In this document: one piece after another, positions 25,775-37,543 of the stretch
How positions within the stretch are numbered: the stretch's first letter is position 1
Layout of the letters: each line of letters begins with the position of its first letter
Source of the DNA: Balanoglossus misakiensis
Taxonomy: Eukaryota; Animalia; Hemichordata
Direction: 5' to 3'
DNA length: 64,000 bases
Assembly (NCBI GenBank): GCA_040954595.2
Contig: CM082578.2
Coordinates: forward strand, 12,586,520 to 12,650,519
Translations under genes and position numbers: made by a program
Notes under the pieces: generated by a model
What the model saw: only the letters and a program-made list of their open reading frames with translations
Databases searched by the model: none
Told to the model about the DNA's origin: nothing

Positions 25775-28700
25775 TCATATTTGTATATTGCTTGTTGTAA
25801 TGGCGTGTCTCCGTCGGACCAACTGAGCCTTCAATAGCGCCATCGCTCCCAAGGTCGACATCATGATCATGAAATGGAACATGGAAGTCCACTCGTAATT
25901 GTCCGCTAGATATCCAATCACTGGGCCTTGCAGAATCGTGCCTAGACTTCCAAATCCTGAAATGAAACAGTTGATATGGTTGATAACGATAATGACCATG
26001 TCAACAGACACTGAGTAAACCATCTCCCAAATGACCAAGAATAACCGTTAACAGTTATGTTGCTAGGGGCAACATCTTATAATAACATACACACCACCCT
26101 CATTATAATCAATACTTTGTTTTATAAAGGTTCTCCATGGCAACCACAAGCTTCATTATAAGTCCAAAAAATTTAAACTACCGGTACATTCAATTTGTTA
26201 ACTCCAACGTGCATGATTCAACTAGCAATGATCTTTGCTTATGCGTGCAAAACGTGGCAGAAATCAAAGTCGCAACCTCTGTAGTCAAACCTCAAAAAAT
26301 TCATCAATCACACTCACCATTGATGAATCCAGACAGTGAGGCCTGCATATTCCGACCCGTCATCTCGCCCATTTCCAACGGGAGGGTGGCGGACAGAATG
26401 GGGTCGGGACCGCAGTTGAATGTGCCACACATGATCATGCACAGAATATTAAAAGTCATTCCCAGTTCACTGGTCAACAGGAAGAGAACCAATCCAACCG
26501 TGCTCAGTATGACGCAGATGGCACTGCCGAGTACAGCTTGCCCTTGGAGCTGTCTGCAAGAAATGCAAAACTGTCATGGATAATGCAAGTAGGGGAAAAA
26601 TGCAGTATCCACATACAAAATCATTCCTCTGCAAGCAGCTTTATTAGGGAAGTTGTGGAGCATGTCTTCATTTTCATTCTTTGGTCTAGTCTTACCATAG
26701 TTATCACAGATGAGTGTGTCCTATTCAAACTACATTGTAGATTTTACCTGTCAATGACATAACCAATGATGGCACTACCAGCAACACCTCCCATTTCGAA
26801 GGATATTGATAACATCCCAGCCTCAGACTTCTCGTATCCAATCTACAAAGACAAGTAAAAAAAATCAGTAATTCTGGATAAAATACAAATGGTAGGTAGG
26901 TGACCAACTAAACAAGTAATTTCTTCATGCAAGAACTGAATCAATACTAAAATGCTTAACTGGATAACACTCACTGCTTGGTGGAGATACATTGGTAGCC
27001 ACATATACATGCAATAGCGCACAATTTTCACACAAAACGTTGCTATGGAAATTTCTGGCAGCATCCTACGGGGCAAAGAACAGATGTGATTTCAGTGAAT
27101 ATTCAAAAATAAAAAATCGATTCATGGATTAAATGATCATTTCCTGAACCGATGATCTAATGAGTGGTAGACAAGACAGTAAATTGGAAAATAATTTCAA
27201 CTCAAAACAGGTAAGAAGGCACACTAATAATCATAGTCTTGAAAGATTTTTCAGATGGCTGTATCCTAATATGCTATATTTGTCTGTTTGTTTAACTATT
27301 ATACTCACGGTATTTTCCATAATTGTAGCCACTGCATTGAATGGTCAGAACTATGGACAGGTTTTGAAGAGTGAGCCCCATTGGCTAAGTCTGTTTAAAG
27401 AAAGAACAAAAGTTGTGCATAATATCACGGCACAGGGCATAAGTTTGCAACTCACTGCACTATACACAACTGTGACCTTCCCATCCTGATACTAACAAGA
27501 CAAAAAAACATTTATTTACCTTCACAGGAAGTGCTATTTCTGACTTCCTCTGGAGTAAGCAAGAAGAGAAACACCAACACCCCGATAATGCTCTAACAGA
27601 AGTGAACAAAAAACAGGCAGACATTTTGATTGTGGGATGACACTTAACTGTTAGAACTATACAATGAATAACGGTGACAAAAACTCTGACGTTTAAGAAT
27701 GTGTGTTACTGCATTGGAAAGAGGTGGAGAGATATCCTTACCACAATGAACGATGGAAGAGTAAAAGTTGATCTCCATCCAAAGTTCGATTGTAAATAAA
27801 CCTGTAGAAAGAAAAGATCAGAGTGCAAATCTGAATGTTTCTTTTACTCTCTTTGGACCAACAGCAATTTTGACATCTATCAGTGTGCTGATTTGTCATG
27901 GGGCGTTTGTAAGCATTTCACCCATTAGCACATTTACAACTAACCCCACAGCCTTGCCTTTACCCAGGTGAGTATAACTCTTCCTATCAGATACTTACAG
28001 GTGCTGGTGATAAACTTCAGTGTAAAGTGGAATATTCAAGTCTAAATTTTATTTTATTTTATTTTATTTTATTTAATTAAATTTACATGGTTCATTACCT
28101 ACCGCAAGACCAGTTCCAGCAACACCACCAGCAAACACACAGGTCCCCCAAATACCAAATATTGCATTTCTCTGATCTCTATACCAGTGTCCAAGTCCTT
28201 TCACACAGTTGGGCCATGCCTGCGACTGATGTTGGTAAAAGAAATGGAAAAAACTCTAACAATTTGTATTCTAAGAGAGATGATTCTCCTTATATGCATG
28301 TATTTTACAGTGGGTGGTATCCATCTTTGCGGACTTCCTTCTTTCACCTCAAAGTCTTAGAAAATAATAAACTACCTTTGAAGCATATTTTATGTCAAGT
28401 ACATTATTGGTTTGTGAGAAGGGATGATGTTTTTGTTAGTGATACAGAAAAGACAGAGATGTTTGTTTACCTGGGCACAGCCGTTCACAAATAGACAGAA
28501 CGCAAACGCTGAAAATACTGACCAATTGCCAAAAGTGACCTGCGAATTGAAAGAAATCAACATTAGACAGAAACTATAATTTCAATGTAGATAGATATAC
28601 TGATTGCAACCGCACACAGCATACATGTACAATGAACGTAGCTCATGAATTGATGTGATCTCACTGTGGGATGAATCTCCATTGATATTTTGATAGACCA

Positions 28701-29526
28701 AGACCTTGCTGTTAAAACAGAGACTGCTTTCAGACGACAGACACTGCAAACTCACCATGGAAGCAGCTGATATCAACAGACAGGCAGAGAGAGTATGTCT
28801 AGCACCATAGTGGTCTCCTAGTGAACCTAGAAATACCTGCAATGAAACAAATTTAAGATTTTACTGAGGAGACAGTTGTGCATAAAAGCACTTGTATCTT
28901 GTTCAGCTTCTGACACTGAGTGTTTCAAGGCCCAGTCTTCAATCTGTTGTCATAGCTTTTAACATTCTGCCATTATTGTTGACAGAAGGTTCTTATTAAA
29001 GTCAGATACACACACACACAGTATTTGACACATTTGAAGGAATTCAGCATACCTGAAATGTTGCATAGGGTAGTAACAATGCTGTGTCTAGCCATCCCAG
29101 TTCGGTTTTACTGAATGAAAACTCTGATGCTAGATCTGACTTTATCTGAAAATGACACAACAAGAAACAAGAGAGTTACAAGCTACATGTATGTAACTTT
29201 TGCTTCTAAAAAGTGCTTGATTTAGGAAAAATGTCATGCAATAATAAAATGGTTGGGAGTTGAGATAGTCTAAGATTGATTGTCAGGTAAAAATAATTGT
29301 GCAGCCTGATTGGAGGATGAGACATCCTATGACTGTCACCTGACAGAACCCAACCAATTGGAGGCTGAGGATATTTCCTATGAGTTAGGCCTGGTCTATC
29401 CTACATGTGTATAAAGTATGTGGTACTTACCACTCCCAACGGTTTTCGGAGAAGATACGTGGATGCATACGCTGTCCATGTCAGTACAAAGATGATAATT
29501 TTCCATCGAAGTGATTTCACCAACAT
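25775..29526 (-). CDS. MFS sugar-phosphate / glycerol-3-phosphate transporter (SLC37/GlpT-UhpT family)
   Basis: 12 phase-compatible exons: 29526-29431, 29145-29053, 28836-28756, 28539-28471, 28225-28103, 27801-27742, 27592-27520, 27390-27309, 27065-26975, 26842-26748, 26553-26318, 25956-25775. Motifs: YASTYLLRKPLGV, GSLGDHYGAR, NGCAQSQAWP, FCVKIVRYCMYMWLP, GFINGFGSLG. Confidence 0.92.
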
Positions 29527-31417
29527 CCTGTTAATGTAAAGGACAATATGCCAGAAAAAAGCACCATTACTACATATGTGAATGATTTGTCACCAAATGT
29601 TTAATAACCTTTATGCAAACTGGCAGATGTGCATACAATGTATTACATATTATAGTTTGTACATCAGTATGCAAGGAGTGATGGTACATATACATGCAAG
29701 TGCATAGAATGGATTAATTCATTTGAAGAAAATCTATACTGGTCAGTGACTCAATTAAAAGCTTAAAACATTGCACTCCCACAATGCAAACCAGATCAAT
29801 ACTGGTGACAACATTTCAAGCCAAACGCTTCATAGTATCAGTTCCATGCATATTTACAGTGTAAATTTTTCCATCACTGGGATCCAGCTATCGACAGCTG
29901 TGCATAATAGAGGAGATTACGATTTCCACAGAGTTTTCTAAAATGACCTAGATTCACAGTCTTTGCCTAAGAACTGAAAGGTATACTACATGTATGTAAT
30001 TATGGTATAATACACAATATGCACACTCTTTTAAGAATGCAGGCACTTTTTTGTTTTGTTTGTTTTGTCTGAGTCTGTCCATGCATGGCTAAAAGCACAG
30101 AGAAAATATTCAAAATGTTTTACATATTGAGTGCATGCATCTTTCATGACCTTGGCAACACACCAAAAATCTACTGCAGTACCGGCCCTGTTTAAACCAA
30201 GCAATTGGTCAAATTCTCACACCAAAACACCTACATCATTTCTCCATATCCATGAAAATAATCTAAATTCAAAACATTCATAAATGTATACTCTCCAGTG
30301 GGACAGTTTGTAATTGTAACATCAAACCACTCACCCTCGGGTTTGATTGAGGCGTCGCTCGCCCCAACAACCAGACTGAACAGTGGCTAAACCAATCTAA
30401 TCAATGGAACTCGCCCCAGATGACTGACCAACTCAGTTTTTACAATGCCTTACCCATTTGCTTTCTCTTGGTCGTCCATCTACAGTAGGAGTGATGCAAT
30501 TTGCAGCCGGCAATTAAACTGTGACTTGAATACTAACACAAAGATCTCCCCCGACACACTGCTCATTATTCATAACGTACGGCTCATGTATGCACAGATT
30601 GTACCACACATTTTTAACGTTTAATCCTGCACATTACAGCTGTTGTGTTAGTGCACAAAAACAGAGACATCACCAACCCATGTTATTTTTTTTAAATATA
30701 GAGTAAAACAATTTTAAAACTCAAACAAAAAAGGTGATTCCATTGATCATACAAGAATAAAAACAACTGCTTTCATGCAATTAACATTAGGAAAAACATT
30801 TCGCCGTTAAAATGGTAAAATTGCATACTTTCCATTTCCTTCAGCTCCCCCACCCCTAATATCAAATGTAAAACTTGGTGGTTAGGAACTCTCCAAGAAT
30901 ACCCCTATGTATCTTGGCAGTACAATGTACTTGCTTGGGTACTTACACATAACTCAAGTTTTTTTTCTCCAAATTTGAGGCCTCTAAGACTTAATCCAAG
31001 CTTTTTCCAAGTCCATGGGCCTTTGCTGGATTTTGCTGTTCTCGCTTGTGCTGTTGCCCCCTCCAGCAAAGGGGAAAGATGTACAGTATTTTAATCAGAT
31101 TGACATCTCACAAAAATGGTACTGCTTCAAAATATTTGTTGCTCGTGAACTTTTACCTCAAGAAAACATGGCGAAACCTGCATTTTCACATCTCAAAAAA
31201 ACTGCCATTGAAAAGTGGAGTCTCAGTGAGAGTGGGTGTGCGCTCCCCCGGGGTACTACTTCAATACTTCTGGGAGTGTAACCCCCGGTCCGCCTCCTCG
31301 AATAAAACTGTCTTTCTTTCGGAGAAAAACGTAGGATAGATACAAGGCTAGCCCTCTGAGGGTAGTGTCATATAAATCAGGCTACATCATATAAATCATG
31401 CCCTACGTCATACTTAC

Positions 31418-31817
31418 CATAGTGATACGATGGAATACATTATGTTAATAAAATATTCCAGGGTGGACGACGATGACCTACAGGCTATATTATGAATGTC
31501 ACTGCACTCACGTGAACTCACCATAAATGTTATTTTAAACACGCGTGTGTGTCTAAGCTTCAATTAAACAATACCTTAGAATCTGCATACAGTAGAAATC
31601 GGGGCTTCATAGGGTGCGCGTTGCCATAGTAATAACAACAATTGTCCAGGACGTTGGAAGACAACCGCTAAGTGCAATGTGTACATAGATCATTGTGACC
31701 TCTTTTTTAAACTTCCGGGTCAATTTCTCTTATTTCACACAAAACGAGCTGAGGATCTGATCTGGATGGAGGATGGATGCCTACCTCAATACGCTCGCAA
31801 TATCGAAGGCAGTTTTG
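31418..31817. promoter_or_regulatory. Probable bidirectional promoter with divergent first exons for the SLC37-like and ASB genes
   Basis: Minus-strand donor GTAAGT at 31417-31412, plus-strand donor GTAGGT at 31818, X-box-like GTTGCCATAGTAAT at 31620-31633, ETS-like ACTTCCGGGT at 31711-31720. Confidence 0.45.
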
Positions 31818-32076
31818 GTAGGTTTAAACCACTTACATCACGTGTACTTATAAATATGCCTGTGACCCGTTGGACATCACTTACTCTTTTGACCTAGGTA
31901 TCCGTATTAAAATTAAACGTAATTTTGTAGGTCAACTCAACATATGACATTGAAATTTGATAATTGACGGTGTGTGTGACAAGATTGGCACGCACTCCAC
32001 GAGGGGACATCCGCTCAAATATGCAGTTGTGCATATGGAGTCGCAAGATCGGGAATGAAGATGTTGCACATTGCAG

Positions 32077-32143
32077 TGATGATGATGATGATGATGATGA
32101 TGATTGATGAGATGATGATGATGATTGATGAGATGATGATGAT

Positions 32144-32181
<38 letters not shown>

Positions 32182-32238
32182 GATGAGATGATGATGATTG
32201 ATGATGATGATGATGATGATTGATGAGATGATGATGAT

Positions 32239-32279
<41 letters not shown>

Positions 32280-32296
32280 GATGAGATGATGATGAT

Positions 32297-32329
<33 letters not shown>

Positions 32330-32436
32330 CGACGACGACGACGACGATGATGACGACGACGATGATGATGATGATGATCATCATCATCATCACATGTACA
32401 CATGATCAGCATCATCAGCAATCAACACCATCATCA
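32077..32436. repeat. Compound (GAT)n microsatellite with TTGATGAGA interruptions, a (GAC)n segment and a switch to (CAT)n
   Basis: Direct reading; explains the poly-H/S/I ORFs at 31894-32421. Confidence 0.95.
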
Positions 32437-33017
32437 AATACTGTATTACTCAGTCACAAGCACTTGGAGCAGTAGGATACTGATTTCAAAGTCTTTTGTA
32501 ACATTCCAAACTGACATTAGAGCCAGACCCACAGTCACCCAACATAAATAGGTTGCGAGAGAATTAACATCTCAGTTCTTTTGATGCAAACATGTAACAC
32601 TTTGTTTGGCTGGTTTTGTGCTTTTCTTATGAATTGAGAAACTAGTCACATCCAAAAGCCCATGCTTTTTGAGTAATCGCTGGCAGAAGCTGTGATTTGT
32701 TTTACATTATATTAATAGCAGAATAATTTAAGCCTATGAAATAACCAGATTTACTGCCACAAAATAAAACAACCACATTTCAAACCACCCTTCAGTGTAC
32801 ATGACATAAAAAAGCATTAGTAATAAATTAATTTCCTGCATTGTCGAGTTGTTTCGTTTGTCAATTATCTTCTTGTCTTTGTTCCAGAATGATTTTAATA
32901 CAGTAACTGTAGGTATCTAGACTGAACGCACTCATAGTTATATATATCCACTGTCCTACTCACTGCCTCAGCATGGTTACTTGACCGCGACCAAGGCAAC
33001 AGATCGCTCACTGATCT

Positions 33018-33031
33018 GTTGCTATGGCAAC
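33018..33031. promoter_or_regulatory. RFX X-box GTTGCTATGGCAAC upstream of the ASB gene
   Basis: Exact match to the X-box consensus GTYNCYATRGNAAC, with a half-site GGCAAC at 32995-33000; about 1.1 kb upstream of the ASB ATG. Confidence 0.55.
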
Positions 33032-34141
33032 ACTACCAAGTATAGCAGACTGGAATCTCTGTGAGGTCTTCATTTATTTCAGTGCAGTATTGTGCTGGTC
33101 ACAATGATTTCTAGGGTGCGAGAATACATTGCTGATGGAGCGATTTTCAATGACGTCTGTATATACAGCCTACAAAGTGACGTACCCTATGATTCTCGCG
33201 GCTCTTTATTTTGGAGTAGATCTCAGTTACTTCTGGATTATAAGCCGTGACTGTGTAATCAACCAACGCTTTATACCGTAGTACTGGCCAGCATGCAGTG
33301 AGAGCCTAGTTACCAGATGCTGTGCATCGCCATATTGTACCGTTAACAGAACAATTCAGTGTGCCCTCTGACAAATACAATTTTAGAAAATTGCACTTGT
33401 TTTATTTTTATTTACAAATTTCTGTAGAAGAATTTTGATCAGTGATGTGTTGTATTGTCTTGCTGGGCAGTGCTTTCACACAATGTGTGTTACCGCAAGA
33501 AGACTTTTGAGTCAAATTGATTATAATTGGTATAATATTGTATAACGTAAAATTTCAAATGTGCAGAACCTAAAGATTCCGGTTAGCTACTTTACCTACG
33601 CACCATTTGCACTATCTACAGTGTGCTACCTTGCGTCTGTAGAAAACTGCAGCAGTCTCCACATCTTTTTTTTTTCTCATTCTGATATATACATGTTGTA
33701 GAAAGGCCTTCTAATGAATTAATGAAAAAAATTGCTCCTGTTGTAGAATTTCAATCAAAAGGGGGGATATTAGAATATTTCCTGTTGCAAATCCTATATC
33801 CTGAGACATATTCATGCCTCCCGTTTCATTCCCCCAAACTTGTCTGAATTTGATAATCAGAGTATCCCCATAGGCTGTCGGGAATCCTGAAAGTGTTAAT
33901 GTCTATATTGTGTAATATTAACAATGCCCTGGATCCAGGTTTCTCTTCTTTTTCCTTCTCGATAATAAACATGTTTTGTTGTTTTCCATTCCCAAGAGAT
34001 GAAACCTTAACTAGACTCCGGGGGATCTCTGGTGTCGTCTTAAACGTCGGTTCAACTCTCCAGATGCACCACTGCAGCCGTCGGATAGCTGTCGCACAAA
34101 TATGAGCGTCTGGATGATTGGTGGTAGACGTCAACTCCAAA

Positions 34142-35865
34142 ATGGGCATCAAGCACTCCATATCGTGGTTTGAATGGAAGCCCTCGCAGAGGGGCAAGTC
34201 CTCCAGCGACTACCTGCACAAGATTTCTCCCAAGTACAACCACAACTGGACGGAATTGCACTACGCCGCCAGCCAGGGCAGTCTCCCGAGGCTGAAGGAA
34301 GTCTTGCAATCCCAAGGTTGGTTGGTTAATCAGCATGTGACTATAGTATCATGCGTTTTATTTTGGACCGACCACTTCACAGTTATAAAGATAACAGATA
34401 ATGCTTGCTTGAAATTCACTCAAAATTCGTTTTGGACAAATCGTGTGCACCAACTAGTCCTTCAGCTCCCAGTTGCTAGTAACCATAGTAACCATGTTCT
34501 GCTTATAAAAAGGTAATTGCTTTTATGTGCAACACTTGTATGGCCTGCCCATCATATTGCTTCATGTTTACACAATTTAGCAAATTAATAAACATCTGTA
34601 TTTTAGTACATTTTCATTGCGTTGTTTTCAGGAACGAGTGACATTGATAAGAAAGATTACTACGGGAAGACGCCTTTGTACTGGGCTGCATACAAGGGCC
34701 ATGCTGACTGCATAGAGGAGTTACTTCAACATGGTGCTGAAGTCAACAGTCAGTGTAAACATGGGTCGACACCACTACACACTGTGGCAGGACTCTACCC
34801 ACACTGTACTTTACTTCTAATCAAAGTAAGTGACTCGGATACATGCGTGAGGGGGAGGAACTATGAATCCAGAAACTGTTGGCTACAGAATCACCCCAAA
34901 ATTGATCAAATAAATTGATGATTATGTTTTCATCTTTCAATTTCTGACAGAAAGGAGCTGATGTAGACATAGAGGACAAGTGGGGAGTGACTCCCATGTA
35001 TATAGCTGCCTGTAACGGACAAGTGGAGTGTATAAACTTACTGGTTTTAGCCGGGGCCAACTTCACCTACAGAAATAAGGTAGAGTTGAATGAACTGATT
35101 GCTTCAGGGGAGGGGGGGATTGGAATCAGGGGACGTCGTACTCTGAGTAATTCTTGCCTTTGGAGCCCCAAGGGATCTCAGATTTTAATACCGGTAACTC
35201 TGAAATGAGGGGCTATTGAGAAGCCCATTGTAACACCTTGTTAAATGACTGGTATTACACAAGTGATGATTACACTACAATTACAGAATGTAACACTTCA
35301 TATAGCATTTCGTAGAAGCAATAGACAATGTGTTTATATATATATACGTATGTATTGGCCATGTGCCTTGGCTGTTCGAACAGAAAATGCAAACTGCCGC
35401 GATGAAAAACAAACTCAAAACTACTCTATAACCAGAACTGCACATAACACGCTGGGTGATAAAGACAGGTGTGTTTATCATTGATGACAAATTCTTTAAA
35501 TAAGGAAGTACAGGCATAAATCACTTGTTACGAAGAATGCTGAAAACCTGTGAAGGATCATACAAAAAAATTCCTGTAAAATGGAAACCTACACACTTGA
35601 TTGCACTGTAACTCATCATTCTCCCATTTCTTTCCTCTTTTCATTTTCTTAGAAAACGGGATTTCTTCCAAAGCTGTTAACCGAGCACAAGGAGTGCCTG
35701 AACTGGCTGAGGACCCAGTCGCAAACGCCACGCTCCCTCAAGGAGCTGTGTCGAAAGGTGGTCCGCAAAAGCCTTGGCCACAAACACTTAGACGCTGTTA
35801 CAGACTTTGATATTCCCAGTTCATTACACGCCTACATACTTTTGGAAGAACTGAAAATTCCATGA
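34142..35865 (+). CDS. Ankyrin repeat and SOCS box protein (ASB family, short ASB8-like architecture)
   Basis: Exons 34142-34316, 34632-34825, 34951-35079, 35653-35865. Ankyrin motifs WTELHYAA, GKTPLYWAA, GSTPLHTVA, GVTPMYIAA. C-terminal SOCS box PRSLKELCRKVVRKSLG...IPSSLHAYILL. Confidence 0.92.
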
Positions 35866-37543
35866 CCTTGGGAGTAATAAGAGAATTCTAGTCAGAAGCG
35901 TATAGAAACAGATATTTTTGAACAAACTTGATACACAGTGATATTTCATATATATGTATCCTTTTTTCTACAGTCATATATTTTAAAGTAAACTATATTT
36001 ATAAGTGTATACAGTGTAATTTAAAATTAAGCATTTTATTTATTTATCGCAGTGTCAGCGTAGAGGAATTTTATTTTAGATGTGCTGCGCGCATTGCATC
36101 AAAATGTTCTTGTTGCAGATGGCGTGTAACCCACAATGTGTAAGTTACTTATAACAAACCCATGTAAGTTATGAAGTACACACTGATCATTCAGATCAAT
36201 GATTCCAAGGTGCCAGCGGTTACATGAAATTGCTTCATATTCGTTTCTGGTTGTTCAGGACAGTTCTTTTGCTGTTCACTGCTGTCCAGTTTAGTTTTAG
36301 AATTTTCAGGCTAATTATGATCTCAACTCAGTCCTTGACATAATAACTTCGTTTATCTTTCTGAAATATTGCAAACCACACTTTACATTGCAATAAGTGT
36401 GACTCAGTCTTTCATAATGTTACACATTTCATAGTGTATTAAAAAAGAAATAAAATTAGTGTCATTAGCCTTTAAAATCTCAACGTCTCACGTACGGGGG
36501 ATGTATTGTTTGCGAATCTCCGTGAATCGTACACCTCTGTAAACTGAACAGTTTTCTCAGCTAGTTCTCCAGTGTCTGGTGTGGACAGGTTTTGCCGGAT
36601 TCCTTTTGGTGCAGATGTTGAGAAGTGGTGTTTCTCCGTACTGTGTATCTGTTTACCTTTCAACTTGTAGATTTGGGATGAATAACAAATGCCTTTGTGC
36701 CAACACTGAGATATGCCAGTCATGCATCAACATCCAAATTCACCTTGTGTTGCCAAGTGAAAATCTTTGATTGGCTGTAGATCTCTACTTTCCATGGTAC
36801 ACTTTGGCTAAAATTTGCATAAGGTGAGCATTGTTGAATGTCTAAAAGAGTGTCACGTGTACTGAGATTGTCAAAAATGCAGAATATTTTTCAATATATT
36901 TGATTTACCTTATATTGAGTGTGCCATATTTTCATATTTTGATATACATGTATGTGCTTTTAATGAAATGTATGTTGAAGGTTAGCTGTTGTCTTTTGTG
37001 TGTCATATACCGTACACATAATACTCTATTCTTACTATGTTATCGTTTATACCTTTTCCACTTCATTTTATATACATGTATACCAGTATATATTTAAAAC
37101 TTTGACAGTTACTGTTACCTGTATCTGTATGACTGCAAATATATGATTTCAAATTTCAGCAAGTTGTCTATGTATTCAGTCATTTTTTTGTAATGCATGT
37201 TAGAAATTCCCTCTGAATAAAATTTCCAAGAAAAGTTTAATGGCTTGTTCATATCATTGTGTATCAACACAGATTTTTTTACGAGTGTTGTTTTCTAAAG
37301 AATAGTAATCAAATAATTCCTCGTTTTAGGTTTGGACAGGAATATTGGCAGTCTAATTCTGAAGGATCTCACTTGTCTAAGTATAGCGCCACCAACTAAA
37401 AAAAAAGAGAAAAATGCGGTATTGAGTGACCACGAGTACACATAGCCCAGCAATGTGATTGTCGGACTGAAGGTGTGATTAAGTTACCATAATACACAGT
37501 AACTACACTGCTAAGTTCACTTGTTCTTCTTCAGACTCTGGAA

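Noticed and set aside
31894-32421. Poly-His/Ser/Ile ORFs
   Set aside because: Microsatellite translations with no other sign of coding.
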